This document shows positions 25,976-35,800 of a DNA stretch of 64,000 bases, piece by piece. Each line of letters starts with the position of its first letter. Position 1 is the first letter of the stretch. Under the pieces are notes generated by a model that was not told the DNA's origin, did not search any database, and worked only from the letters and a program-made list of their open reading frames with translations. Location of the stretch: IMG/VR virus record IMGVR_UViG_3300021471_000007, positions 1 to 64,000 of that record; one strand, 5' to 3'. A program made the translations under genes and the position numbers. The DNA is from a virus.

Positions 25976-26664
25976 AATTTTCAAATATAGTAAACGATTT
26001 CGTTAATACGACAAAAGAAGAACGAAAACCGAACACAATATTCTGTTCAGAGCTAGGTATGTGTATGCGGAGAATATTTTTTAATATAAAAGAACCTGTC
26101 GAGTTTCCTCCAGAAACATTGAAAGTATTCTTATTAGGAAACATGATGCATGATAAGATGAGTGAAATATTGTCCCTTAGTGACAAAATAGAAGAAGTAC
26201 AAAGCGAGATACCAGCAACAATTTATGTGCCTGGCATAGGCTTAAGATTATCTGGAAGATGTGATGATATTATAACAGTCGATGGTAAAAAATATATAGT
26301 AGAAAAAAAATCATGTTCGTCTTTATCATATTATAGAGAACAAAACAAACCGTCAGAACATCATAAACTTCAGATTATGGCATACATGGCAGCATTTGGA
26401 ATACACCAGGGGTTTTTGTTATATATGAATAAAAAGAATTTTGATACAGAAAGTTTTGAAATTGAGTTTGATCAAAAAACATTCGACAAAGAACTTGATA
26501 GAGTCAAAGACATAATGGTTTTTGTTAATAATAACATAATACCTAAAGCAGAGGCGAAATTCAATAAGGAATTAAAGTGGCAATGCCAGTTTTGTCCATA
26601 TAAAGAGAGATGTGATAAAATTGGTGTGGAAGAAAGGAACTATATGGAAGAACAAAGCGATTGA
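25972..26664 (+). CDS. Cas4-like PD-(D/E)xK exonuclease
   Basis: C.RR, G...H, GRCDD, VEKK, QIMAY, CQFCPYKERC (Fe-S type Cys pattern). Confidence 0.88.
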   Translation: MKFSNIVNDFVNTTKEERKPNTIFCSELGMCMRRIFFNIKEPVEFPPETLKVFLLGNMMHDKMSEILSLSDKIEEVQSEIPATIYVPGIGLRLSGRCDDIITVDGKKYIVEKKSCSSLSYYREQNKPSEHHKLQIMAYMAAFGIHQGFLLYMNKKNFDTESFEIEFDQKTFDKELDRVKDIMVFVNNNIIPKAEAKFNKELKWQCQFCPYKERCDKIGVEERNYMEEQSD

Positions 26665-26672
26665 TTTATATA
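26655..26672 (+). promoter_or_regulatory. BRE-TATA promoter
   Basis: AAGCGATTGATTTATATA upstream of ATG 26704. Confidence 0.55.
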
Positions 26673-26703
26673 TCAATTACTATAATATATATATGCGAGT
26701 TAA

Positions 26704-26973
26704 ATGAAATCTAATAAAAAGCTTGGTGAGATTTGCATGGAAATATATAGGGAAATGTATAAACAAGCAGATCCACCAGCGGATTTTGACAAATTAATTA
26801 AAAGCGGTGAAACCAAAAATAGACAATGGTTTATGAACTATTATTTACCAATGGAAAAACAAGAAGAGATTACAGCAAATATATGCAAAAAACACAAGCT
26901 TACTAAACAGGAAATAATGCGTGTATATTATACCGTATTCCTGGGTGCTTCACCGACTTCAGTTAAGGGGTAA
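26704..26973 (+). CDS. Hypothetical protein
   Basis: IYREMYKQADPPADF...YYL...LGASP. Confidence 0.75.
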   Translation: MKSNKKLGEICMEIYREMYKQADPPADFDKLIKSGETKNRQWFMNYYLPMEKQEEITANICKKHKLTKQEIMRVYYTVFLGASPTSVKG

Positions 26974-26977
26974 TTAT

Positions 26978-27241
26978 ATGTTAGATAACCTTATTAATAT
27001 ACTCATCGGTATGTTTGGTATAATATTGATGAATGGATCTGCACTACCACAAATCTATAAAACATTTAAAACCAAGAGTGTGGGCGACTTAACTTTAGCA
27101 AGAGAGGCCATGTTATTAATTGGAGTACTTTTTTATTGGACTTATGGCTTTCTACGCAAAGACATAGTAATACTCGTATCAAATACATGGGCTGCTATTA
27201 TGTTCATTACAATGATAATAATGTATTTGAAATATAAGTGA
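26978..27241 (+). CDS. SemiSWEET/PQ-loop three-TM transporter
   Basis: LPQIYKTFKTKSVGDLT, WTYG, VSN; three hydrophobic helices. Confidence 0.85.
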   Translation: MLDNLINILIGMFGIILMNGSALPQIYKTFKTKSVGDLTLAREAMLLIGVLFYWTYGFLRKDIVILVSNTWAAIMFITMIIMYLKYK

Positions 27242-27246
27242 TATGC

Positions 27247-27456
27247 ATGGTTTATGTGTTATCAGAAAAACAAAAAAAGGAGTTAATAAAGCTTATAGGC
27301 GAATGTGAAGATTGTGGTTCAAAAGAGAATTTACAATTACATAGAATAAATAGAGGATATCAAGGAGGTAAATACACATTAAGAAATGTTAAAGTATTAT
27401 GTGCTCGTTGCCATAGACTTTATCATTATAATGAATCTGGTATAAGAAATAAATGA
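27247..27456 (+). CDS. Small HNH endonuclease
   Basis: CEDCG...LQLHRI...GG...NVKVLCARCH. Confidence 0.85.
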   Translation: MVYVLSEKQKKELIKLIGECEDCGSKENLQLHRINRGYQGGKYTLRNVKVLCARCHRLYHYNESGIRNK

Positions 27457-27465
27457 GGTAATAAA

Positions 27466-27699
27466 ATGACAGAACTGTGCTCAAATTGCAAATACAATAA
27501 AAAATGTCCATTTACAATGACTAGAATTACAATGACAAAAGAAGGTATCGAATTCATAAAAGATACAGTAGGATTAAATGAAAATGATCTAAGTAGGATG
27601 GTAGCAGAAGAATTCGATAAAAATAAATTATCATTTATACATAAGCATTTTGTTCCGTTGTTTAAAAAAGTCATGTGTAAAGGAGGTAATGCAAAATGA
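27466..27699 (+). CDS. Hypothetical protein (Cys motif)
   Basis: CSNCKYNKKCPF; GAGGT RBS. Confidence 0.65.
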   Translation: MTELCSNCKYNKKCPFTMTRITMTKEGIEFIKDTVGLNENDLSRMVAEEFDKNKLSFIHKHFVPLFKKVMCKGGNAK

Positions 27700-28307
27700 A
27701 GATAATGTTGGCAATGCCAATTGGTGAAAGCAAATTAGAAGAACAGACATATGATGGATATGGTCTGGATAAGATTGAAAAAAACATATTATCTATTAAG
27801 GGATTGGATCCAAAAGACGTTTATATATTTTCCGATAGACCAATTAGAACACGATTTAATAATCAAATCATAAATCAGGAATATTTAAAAAAACTCAATA
27901 CGCCATTTATGGTAAAATGTGACAATCCAATATTAATGAATATTACTCTCGCAAGAGAAGCGGCACGAGAATTCTTTTTGAAATCTGATTATGATGCAAT
28001 ATTATTTTTGGATTCTGATATTGAAGTACAGCCGGATATCTTAATAAAATTGAAAGCTGCTGTTGAAGATGATGCCGGAACTTTAATAGCATCCAATTTA
28101 TATCCACCAGATTATTCAACCAAGCAATTAGGATGCTCCTTAATACTAAGAGAAGCTCTAGAATATATTAATTTCGTGGCATATTCAAAAGACACAAATA
28201 CTGTAGGGGAGGATTGGCATTTTATACGAATGGCAGAATTATTGGGAATACCAATTAGATTGGAACGTTTCTCTGATGTAAAACACCACAGCTGGGCATA
28301 CAAATAG
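27696..28307 (+). CDS. GT-A (GT2-like) glycosyltransferase
   Basis: MLAMP, ARE, FLDSD, GCSLI, GED. Confidence 0.8.
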   Translation: MKIMLAMPIGESKLEEQTYDGYGLDKIEKNILSIKGLDPKDVYIFSDRPIRTRFNNQIINQEYLKKLNTPFMVKCDNPILMNITLAREAAREFFLKSDYDAILFLDSDIEVQPDILIKLKAAVEDDAGTLIASNLYPPDYSTKQLGCSLILREALEYINFVAYSKDTNTVGEDWHFIRMAELLGIPIRLERFSDVKHHSWAYK

Positions 28308-28315
28308 GAGATTTT

Positions 28316-28579
28316 ATGGAAGAATGTGAAATATGCAATCTATACGATAATGCAAAAATAATATGGGAAGATGATATCTGTTGGATTGGTTTAATAGAAG
28401 AAAGCGAATATCCAATTGTAGCACTTACACATCATTATGAAGATTGCACAACAGAAGAATGGAATCACATTTGGTATCTAGTTAATCTGTTTTTTAAAAA
28501 AGATAACAGAATAATATCGTATTCTGGACACGGCTATAAACACTGGTTTATAAATATAATAATAGAAGAAGAATATTAA
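28316..28579 (+). CDS. HIT-like protein (degenerate)
   Basis: CEIC...IIWEDD...HH...HW resembles the HIT fold; HxHxH incomplete. Confidence 0.5.
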   Translation: MEECEICNLYDNAKIIWEDDICWIGLIEESEYPIVALTHHYEDCTTEEWNHIWYLVNLFFKKDNRIISYSGHGYKHWFINIIIEEEY

Positions 28580-28896
28580 GGGCAATATCTTGATATGCAT
28601 AATGCACTTTTTTCTTCAGTATAATAACAAAACTTGCCGTCTTTCATATCCACTTCTCTGTTTTCTCCATAAACCGCATCTACAACATCACACATATTAA
28701 CCGTTGTTGTCGTTGTTGCTGTAGTTGTTATAGAATTCACGCGTGTTTTTATTTTTTGTTGTAATTTAAGGCGTCTTTCTTCCCCTAAAGTTCTTGTTTC
28801 TTCCATGAAAGAATTGTATCTCTCTATAGATAAATATGCTAGAAAGCCAGCTATTAACAAAAATATTATTAATGTTGCTGCCCATCGTAATTTCAT
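28576..28896 (-). CDS. Membrane-anchored protein with Thr-rich linker and Cys-rich tip
   Basis: N-terminal TM, TTTATTTTT, 4 Cys; GGAGG RBS. Confidence 0.75.
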   Translation of the reverse strand: MKLRWAATLIIFLLIAGFLAYLSIERYNSFMEETRTLGEERRLKLQQKIKTRVNSITTTATTTTTVNMCDVVDAVYGENREVDMKDGKFCYYTEEKSALCISRYCP

Positions 28897-28928
28897 TTCA
28901 TCATCCTCCTATAAATTTATGTTTACAA

Positions 28929-30728
28929 TTATAAACTCACGTGCACATCTTTTTTGTCTCCAAAAAACTTGATCTTTGCGACTCCTTTTTTACCTGGTTT
29001 ATATCCTTTCTTTTCTGCATATGTGCCTTCGTAATTTAAAAAGTGTCCAGTATTAATATAATATCTTTTGTGTTTTACAACCATTTTGTTTTTATAATCT
29101 ATCTTTCTTAGTTCATCAGTCTGTAATGATAAATCATGAGTATGCCCCGAACAATTTCCTGTAATCGATACTTTTCCGTTTCTTCTTATTATTACTGTTC
29201 CATTAAATGTAGTTACATCCCACATTTTTTTGTCTTCCATCCTATGTTCTATTAAATTCTTTGACAATGCAAGTGTAACATCTTGTCTATTGCAAATTCC
29301 CAATGTATAATTAACTGTATTAGCAAAACCACTGATTCTTTGAAGTTTTCTTGTTCTATAACCAAATATGGTGCATGCTGCTTGTAATTTGTCTATTAAT
29401 TTTTCGTTTGCCGAATAATATTCATAAACTCCATCATAGTGTTTGTGTCCATCTCCTGCAATCAAAGTTTCAAGGAATATATCAAATTGTCTTTTACTGA
29501 GCTTATTTATCCAATCTGGTATATCTTTTTCTGATATTAGCTCCCTTATCTTTTCTCCTTGCTTTGCTTTTATATAAAACACCATGTCAAGTTTTTCTTT
29601 TCCTCTTATATAAATTGAAAAATCTAATTTTAATCTTTCTAATAGTGATGTAATTTCATTGGCTTTTTCTCCTTTTCTTTGGTATATCATTATTGCCTTA
29701 TGTGCTCCGTGTTCATTTTTAAAATGTCCTTCGCTTATGATCCACGCAACTAATCGAATTTCATCATCAGACAAATCATAATCTTTATTATCCATAATTC
29801 CTGTTAGTGGAATTTTTATTTGTCCTTTTAATTTCGCTAATTCCTTTGCAGGCTTGATTAAATATTCACCTTTATATTTGTATATCATTCTTTGATTTGG
29901 GCTTAAACACTGACTAATTGAGGACATCTCTATATTATATGATTCTTTTTCTTCTGTTTCAATTTTGTTCAATACTACATCTTTTTCGATTTTGTTATTA
30001 ATCAAATTAAGGTTAAGTATTATATCTCCAATGTTAACCTCGTCTTTTTTCTTCCAACCATCTGTTGTCAATATTTCTGTTTCTTCATCAAAACAATAGA
30101 CGTCAGCATCGAATGATTCACCTAATCTTCTTATTGCTCTTAATTTTCCTTCTGGCGTCGATGCACCACTTGCACCATGTGTTACATACATCGAATAATT
30201 ATTCTTTCCAACTCTTAATTTTATAAACCCAGCATATCCCATATATGGTACGCCGAGTTTACTTGCAAGCATCCTGGTTAAATCAAATCCTATTTCTTTG
30301 TAAGTCCTCTCTTCATGATTTCCTGTTAACAATGCAAGTATTTGTTTTCTTATTGGAGAAAGATATTCTACCATATTATCGAATTGATCTTCTGGAGACA
30401 TGTCTTCATAAGTATTACTCACAGAATTCATAGTAGCATTATTTAAATAATCACCCATTCCAATAACATAAGAACCAGATTTTTTAATATAATCCAAAGT
30501 GCCTTCGAACAATTTGACATCACAAGATCTTGCTCCGTAATGTATATCTCCCAGAGGTATTACCTTTATTTCTTTTTCCTTTGGAAAATCAAAACATTGT
30601 AATTTGCTTCTTTTTCTTAATCTAATTTCATCTAATTCTTCATTTAACTGTCCAATAAATTTCATCAATTCACCCTTCTTCATCTTTTTTACATCTTTCA
30701 TAACTTCATTTATATTCATAAGTAGCAC
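28929..30728 (-). CDS. Calcineurin-like metallophosphoesterase containing an intein
   Basis: GDIH, GD, GNHE, THG and GHTH motifs, with the last separated from the rest by the intein. Confidence 0.9.
   Translation of the reverse strand: MLLMNINEVMKDVKKMKKGELMKFIGQLNEELDEIRLRKRSKLQCFDFPKEKEIKVIPLGDIHYGARSCDVKLFEGTLDYIKKSGSYVIGMGDYLNNATMNSVSNTYEDMSPEDQFDNMVEYLSPIRKQILALLTGNHEERTYKEIGFDLTRMLASKLGVPYMGYAGFIKLRVGKNNYSMYVTHGASGASTPEGKLRAIRRLGESFDADVYCFDEETEILTTDGWKKKDEVNIGDIILNLNLINNKIEKDVVLNKIETEEKESYNIEMSSISQCLSPNQRMIYKYKGEYLIKPAKELAKLKGQIKIPLTGIMDNKDYDLSDDEIRLVAWIISEGHFKNEHGAHKAIMIYQRKGEKANEITSLLERLKLDFSIYIRGKEKLDMVFYIKAKQGEKIRELISEKDIPDWINKLSKRQFDIFLETLIAGDGHKHYDGVYEYYSANEKLIDKLQAACTIFGYRTRKLQRISGFANTVNYTLGICNRQDVTLALSKNLIEHRMEDKKMWDVTTFNGTVIIRRNGKVSITGNCSGHTHDLSLQTDELRKIDYKNKMVVKHKRYYINTGHFLNYEGTYAEKKGYKPGKKGVAKIKFFGDKKDVHVSL
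29154..30095 (-). mobile_element. Intein (314 aa) with LAGLIDADG homing endonuclease
   Basis: Starts CFDEETEILT, ends VSITGN before extein Cys; LVAWIISEG and FLETLIAGDG motifs. Confidence 0.9.
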
Positions 30729-30819
30729 ACCTTAAAATTTTATATATTCATCAGCTACTTACATCTATCTTCAAATTCAATAATGACGCCTCACATAACA
30801 ATCATCGGCATTCAGTCAC

Positions 30820-30933
30820 TTATAACAGTGACTGTAGTACTCCGAATCCGGTTACGGACAAACCAACAATAGCTAGTATTGCAGCTATTGTCAAAGCAAC
30901 GTTCGTTATTATTGATATGCTTTCTTTCTCCAT
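30820..30933 (-). CDS. 37-aa membrane peptide
   Basis: GGAGGTGA RBS; MEKESISIITNVALTIAAILAIVGLSVTGFGVLQSLL. Confidence 0.55.
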   Translation of the reverse strand: MEKESISIITNVALTIAAILAIVGLSVTGFGVLQSLL

Positions 30934-30970
30934 GAATTGTCACCTCCATTTAACTTTTGATGACTATGAT

Positions 30971-31159
30971 TTACTTGTCTTCCTTTTTCCATACAATTGG
31001 TTCTTTTGTTACTAACCTTAGTATGAAGTTTATTACAACTAGTATTGATGCTACCAACTCTGGACTTAATTCTATACCAAAGTATTGACTAGATATCATG
31101 CCAGCCAATGTAAGTAGATTTACCCAAAAGGTTTTTGATTTCAAAATAGTTTTTCCCAT
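30971..31159 (-). CDS. Holin-like two-TM protein
   Basis: KSKTFWVN...NFILRLVTKEPI. Confidence 0.7.
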   Translation of the reverse strand: MGKTILKSKTFWVNLLTLAGMISSQYFGIELSPELVASILVVINFILRLVTKEPIVWKKEDK

Positions 31160-31338
31160 ACAAACACCTCACATTATTATTGTATTAATTATATATATAA
31201 ATCTAACTCCGCCTAATCCATACGCTTCCATCAAAGATTTCCATGGGTATGTATGTGTTCACACATATCGTGTTTACAATTGGGCTGTTATGCAACATTT
31301 ATAACACCGTTTTAAGCTCTTAAAATGCTTGTTTTTTG

Positions 31339-32811
31339 TTATGAATACAATATTGAGAAACCTTCCACTTGTGGATTCGGGTTAAATGAATCTATATGGA
31401 AATTAAATTTTATTCTTAATTTTTTGCCAGCATTGCTTGTAGAGTACTTTGTACCAGTATATACCGTACCAACAGCCGGTTCCCAATTAAGACCGCCATC
31501 TACACTAATCTTTACCTCTGTTTGTGCTAAATCCTGACCAGATATTTTTAGCTCATAGTATTGTATATTATCTGTTGTGTCTGCATCATAAACTTCACTT
31601 ATCCAAGTACCGTTAGAACTACCAGATTGTAGTTGTAATTTACCATCTAATATCAATGTATTTGTATGCGTACCGGAATCCGCATCAAATGTTTCGTTTA
31701 CACTATAATCTAAGTCATTTTCATTTACAACATCTTCAAGAGAAAGCTCTTTTTCTGTATGTTTTCTAAATAACGAGGGTATGTGTTTTTTTGTTTGTAT
31801 TGTTGATTTTGTTTGTAACTCCGGAAATTTGTGTTTAAATTTATAAATCTTAAATTGCTGATGTATCGATTGTGTTGGGTTAGATATCCAAATAAAATCA
31901 CCAGGTCTTAATGATGGTAACAATAATGATTTTGCTGTACCTCTTTTTTGTGGAGTTTTTAATAATTCTAATTCTGCATTTGCACGTTCTTTTGCTTGCT
32001 GTAGTGTTGTTATTGATTTGTCCTTCACTATCTTTTCTTTGACATTGAGTGATGCAGATGAATCCATTGCTGTATATACTATCTCAAGTCCACTGTTGTC
32101 TTCACCATATACAATAACTTTGTTTTTGACGTCTTTTGTATCTGTACCGATACCCTCTATTTTAATAAGATTATCATTCCACACTATGGCTTCGTCTGGA
32201 TTTGTTTGTGTAAATTCTTCAAAGAAATGGCAATCCTTGTTATCATCTACATAGAAATCATATCCAGCTATCTCACACAAATCTTTTATACAATCCCAAA
32301 ATGGTTTTTGGCTCCAGTTTATAGTCGCCTTTGTTGTATTAGTTGCAACATTTGTTGTCGTAAACGATTCTGACAATTTGGAATTCGCGTCTGCTATTAT
32401 AGTATTTAATATCGAATCACTTGTACCACTGATCTGCGTGTCTTCAAATGTTCGTGTAATTGTTATATCCAATAATTTTTCTGAATAATGACTGCCTTTT
32501 ACAGTAAGAAAATATGCTCGATCAAATTTCTGTTCAACAACATCTATCAGTCCGAGATACCTTAATGTTTCAGTTCCATCTCTGGTTATGTATAATTTGA
32601 CTATTTCGCCGCCAGTATATTTATCATTATAAGAACCATCGGTATTTATTAGTTCGAATGAAAATTTGCCAACACCGTCTGTTACTGTTTTTTCAAATTC
32701 TGCTTTAACAATATCATCTGTTACATCTACTTCGTCTATTAATATTCTATATGATATGTTAAGCTTTCTCGGTATCCAAATAAATACTTCTTGAGATCCA
32801 CGTGTTGACAT
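31339..32811 (-). CDS. Tail tip/baseplate hub protein
   Basis: GKFSFEL.N, WD.IKDLC..AGYDFYVD, VKNKVIVYG, A..RA..EL, LRPGD. Confidence 0.8.
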   Translation of the reverse strand: MSTRGSQEVFIWIPRKLNISYRILIDEVDVTDDIVKAEFEKTVTDGVGKFSFELINTDGSYNDKYTGGEIVKLYITRDGTETLRYLGLIDVVEQKFDRAYFLTVKGSHYSEKLLDITITRTFEDTQISGTSDSILNTIIADANSKLSESFTTTNVATNTTKATINWSQKPFWDCIKDLCEIAGYDFYVDDNKDCHFFEEFTQTNPDEAIVWNDNLIKIEGIGTDTKDVKNKVIVYGEDNSGLEIVYTAMDSSASLNVKEKIVKDKSITTLQQAKERANAELELLKTPQKRGTAKSLLLPSLRPGDFIWISNPTQSIHQQFKIYKFKHKFPELQTKSTIQTKKHIPSLFRKHTEKELSLEDVVNENDLDYSVNETFDADSGTHTNTLILDGKLQLQSGSSNGTWISEVYDADTTDNIQYYELKISGQDLAQTEVKISVDGGLNWEPAVGTVYTGTKYSTSNAGKKLRIKFNFHIDSFNPNPQVEGFSILYS

Positions 32812-32815
32812 CTAA

Positions 32816-35800
32816 TCAACTCCAACAATTTATGCAATCTGCACAACACAAATCATAAGTTACATTAGCCGTAACCAAACTATGCAGTTCTGTTGCATTG
32901 CAATTATATAAATCAACCCAAAACCACAAACCATACCAGGTAGTTACCGGTAGAGTTTCAATATTATTTAATATTGGATATTTTGTTGTATTTAATATAA
33001 CGGCATCATCTTTTGAGCTTGTTGTGCTTACACTCATATTAATGCAAGATGGCAGATTGGAATTTAAATATATGCTCATATTTGCGGTTTTGTCATAGGA
33101 CATTGTTGTTATATTCCAAAACGGTATTGTATCACTCTGACCATACGGTGTTATATTAGTGTCATTTAAAAAAGATGGAAAGAACTCCATGTATGGATAT
33201 AATGTATTGAGATTAACATCTGAATAAACATTCATAATAGAATGTGTGTCAGAACTTGGCGCATATTCACTATCACCATAAAAATTTGCTGTTACTGTTA
33301 TATTATCAGAACCTTTATAATATATGGCAAGATCACTCATCTCAACTGTGCCATTAGAATCTGAAGATATAATAAACGGCACATTAACCGTTTCATCATT
33401 TGAATTATTCAGATAATATGATATTGCTGTTGTATTTAATGTAATTGGATTATATTGTTGTGTATAATTTATTTCTATATTATCTATTGTAAGCGTTCCA
33501 CCATCTGACTTTAAATTAATTGGTATTAGACAATAGCCAAATGAATCTGGTGTGCAAGTACTCAAATAATCGGATAACTCAGAACCGAAATCATCGGTTG
33601 TATTTGTTATATTGAAATCACCATTTTCTATCCATTCAACATCACCATCACCACTGACATCAATGTATGATGCATGCGGATACATTTTAACATTCAGCCA
33701 TCCTTCATAATAATTGATTTGATCCATATCACCAAGATCACCATATATCTTTATTCTTATCATATCATCTTGATAATAATCTGTCATGTTGGAACCAGCA
33801 ACTGTTACATTAGAATAATAAGTAGGAATGCTTGGCAATGAATTATCAAACAGATCCCAAGTATCATCTGTGAAATTATATATATATGCTCCGCGTGTAC
33901 CGCCCACAAAAACAATAATTCTTCCATACCATTTTATGTATTCTATGTTTGTTGCATCTGCACCAATGGTGTAATTTTGTATAATATAACCAGCATGATT
34001 GCTTCCAAGCATAGCCGATGTTGAATAATCAGAATCACATGCATCGGTGTAAAACGACCAACCGTTTGTAATAGCAGTACATCCCTCTAGAGCAGACACG
34101 GACTGTTTTCCTGTTACATTCACAGTTGCATTATTTACTATTGCTGTTTTTGGCAATTCAAAATAACCCGTTATTGTTTTTGGTGAATCATATACAAAGT
34201 CTTTTGTTTTAGTACCATCATTAAATGTACTTAGTGTTACATTGCCTTCTTTTAATTCACCAACAATATTTGTATCCAAAACATTATCTATATATAACTT
34301 TACATTCTTTGGCAAACCATTAGTATTATAACCTGTAAGCGATATGTTTCCACTGGTTACATAATCATATTTGTTAAATGTAACATTAACTGTTTTATTA
34401 ATCGATGAATTTGTATACACTATTTTTATATAAGGCATAAATGATCCATATTCTTTTGAATAGAATTGTATTAAGTCAGATCCGCTTTGTGCACCACTAA
34501 AAAATAATGATGCATTATGCTCATTGTTTCGTTCGAGTTCGAGCCAATCCGTTATATCAAAAGACATCCAATATGGTGTTGCATTATCACCATAGTATGT
34601 GCTGTTTTTAGTTATAAATTGACTATAAGACGGTCTTTCATTCCATGTGATATCGTTTTCAGACCAAGTTTGATCGTTTACCTGGTAGACACTTATGTTT
34701 ATCTGCTCACCACTTTCATATGTAGTATCATATACATAAACAAACAATCTTGCATTTAGTATTTGTTTATCAAAAACATCAGATAAATTAAACTTCATGT
34801 AACCATATACTAAATCTGATACATACGTTCCAACACTTATATGATCATCTGTTCCATAATTTGAATCCGGATAACTTTGCACAACATACGCATCGTCTAA
34901 TATCGAATCTGAATTCAGTTGTATATCATAACCATAAAATTCATCAAATGTTACATTCTTTGCTGTAGATCCATCACTAAATTCCTGTTTTGCTGCGAAT
35001 GTAGTAAAATTATATTCGAAGTTTAAAATACCGAATCTAACTTTAGTTTCATACCAATTTGTTAGATAACTGCCACTTTCATCTACTAACATATCATCTA
35101 TTTGTAGTATACCATCAGATAAAAAGTCTGTTGCATTATCAGATGTTATGTTTACTTGCCTATATATCATTCCTGATGTTCCACCCTCATCTGATGAATT
35201 ATATACAACTTGCCAATCGTTGGAAGTATAATTATAAAGCCTTAATACCGAATGTGCACCAAGATCATCTGCTTGTTCTGCTTTGAAATATATTTGTGCA
35301 CTCCTTACATTCGATGGTATTGTATAATTCTCATATACATGTGAATTGCCTATATAGCTACCAGTTGTAGCAGCAGCAGAAACCCAATCTTCATCAACAG
35401 CATGCGAACAATCATATGTGCCTGTACTAAATGTGCCTTCACAAGCATAACTGTCTTCCGTATCATCCCAATCAAGCCACGTAATGTTAACACTTGATGA
35501 GTTTATATAGTCAACACCAAAGCCCGGTGCATATATTGATAAATACATTTCTTTGTCTATATCAGAACTGAAATTGGCTTTTAGTGTTACAACTGAACCT
35601 TGATCATAATAACGATCTGCATTTAAACCATTAAGATATAAATTTATATGTGATGATTTTAAAACATCTAGATATAACGTATCTGAACTCGATGTATAGT
35701 TATCATTGCCTTCATAAAAACCGGTTATATTAAATTTTCCAAACTCACTTAACAATGTATAATTATATAATGGTGTTGTGCCGGTTTGTATCGTCCACCC

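Noticed and set aside
25972-26664. CRISPR-Cas locus
   Set aside because: Solo Cas4-like nuclease in a replication cluster with no cas1/cas2 or array; such genes are common in archaeal viruses
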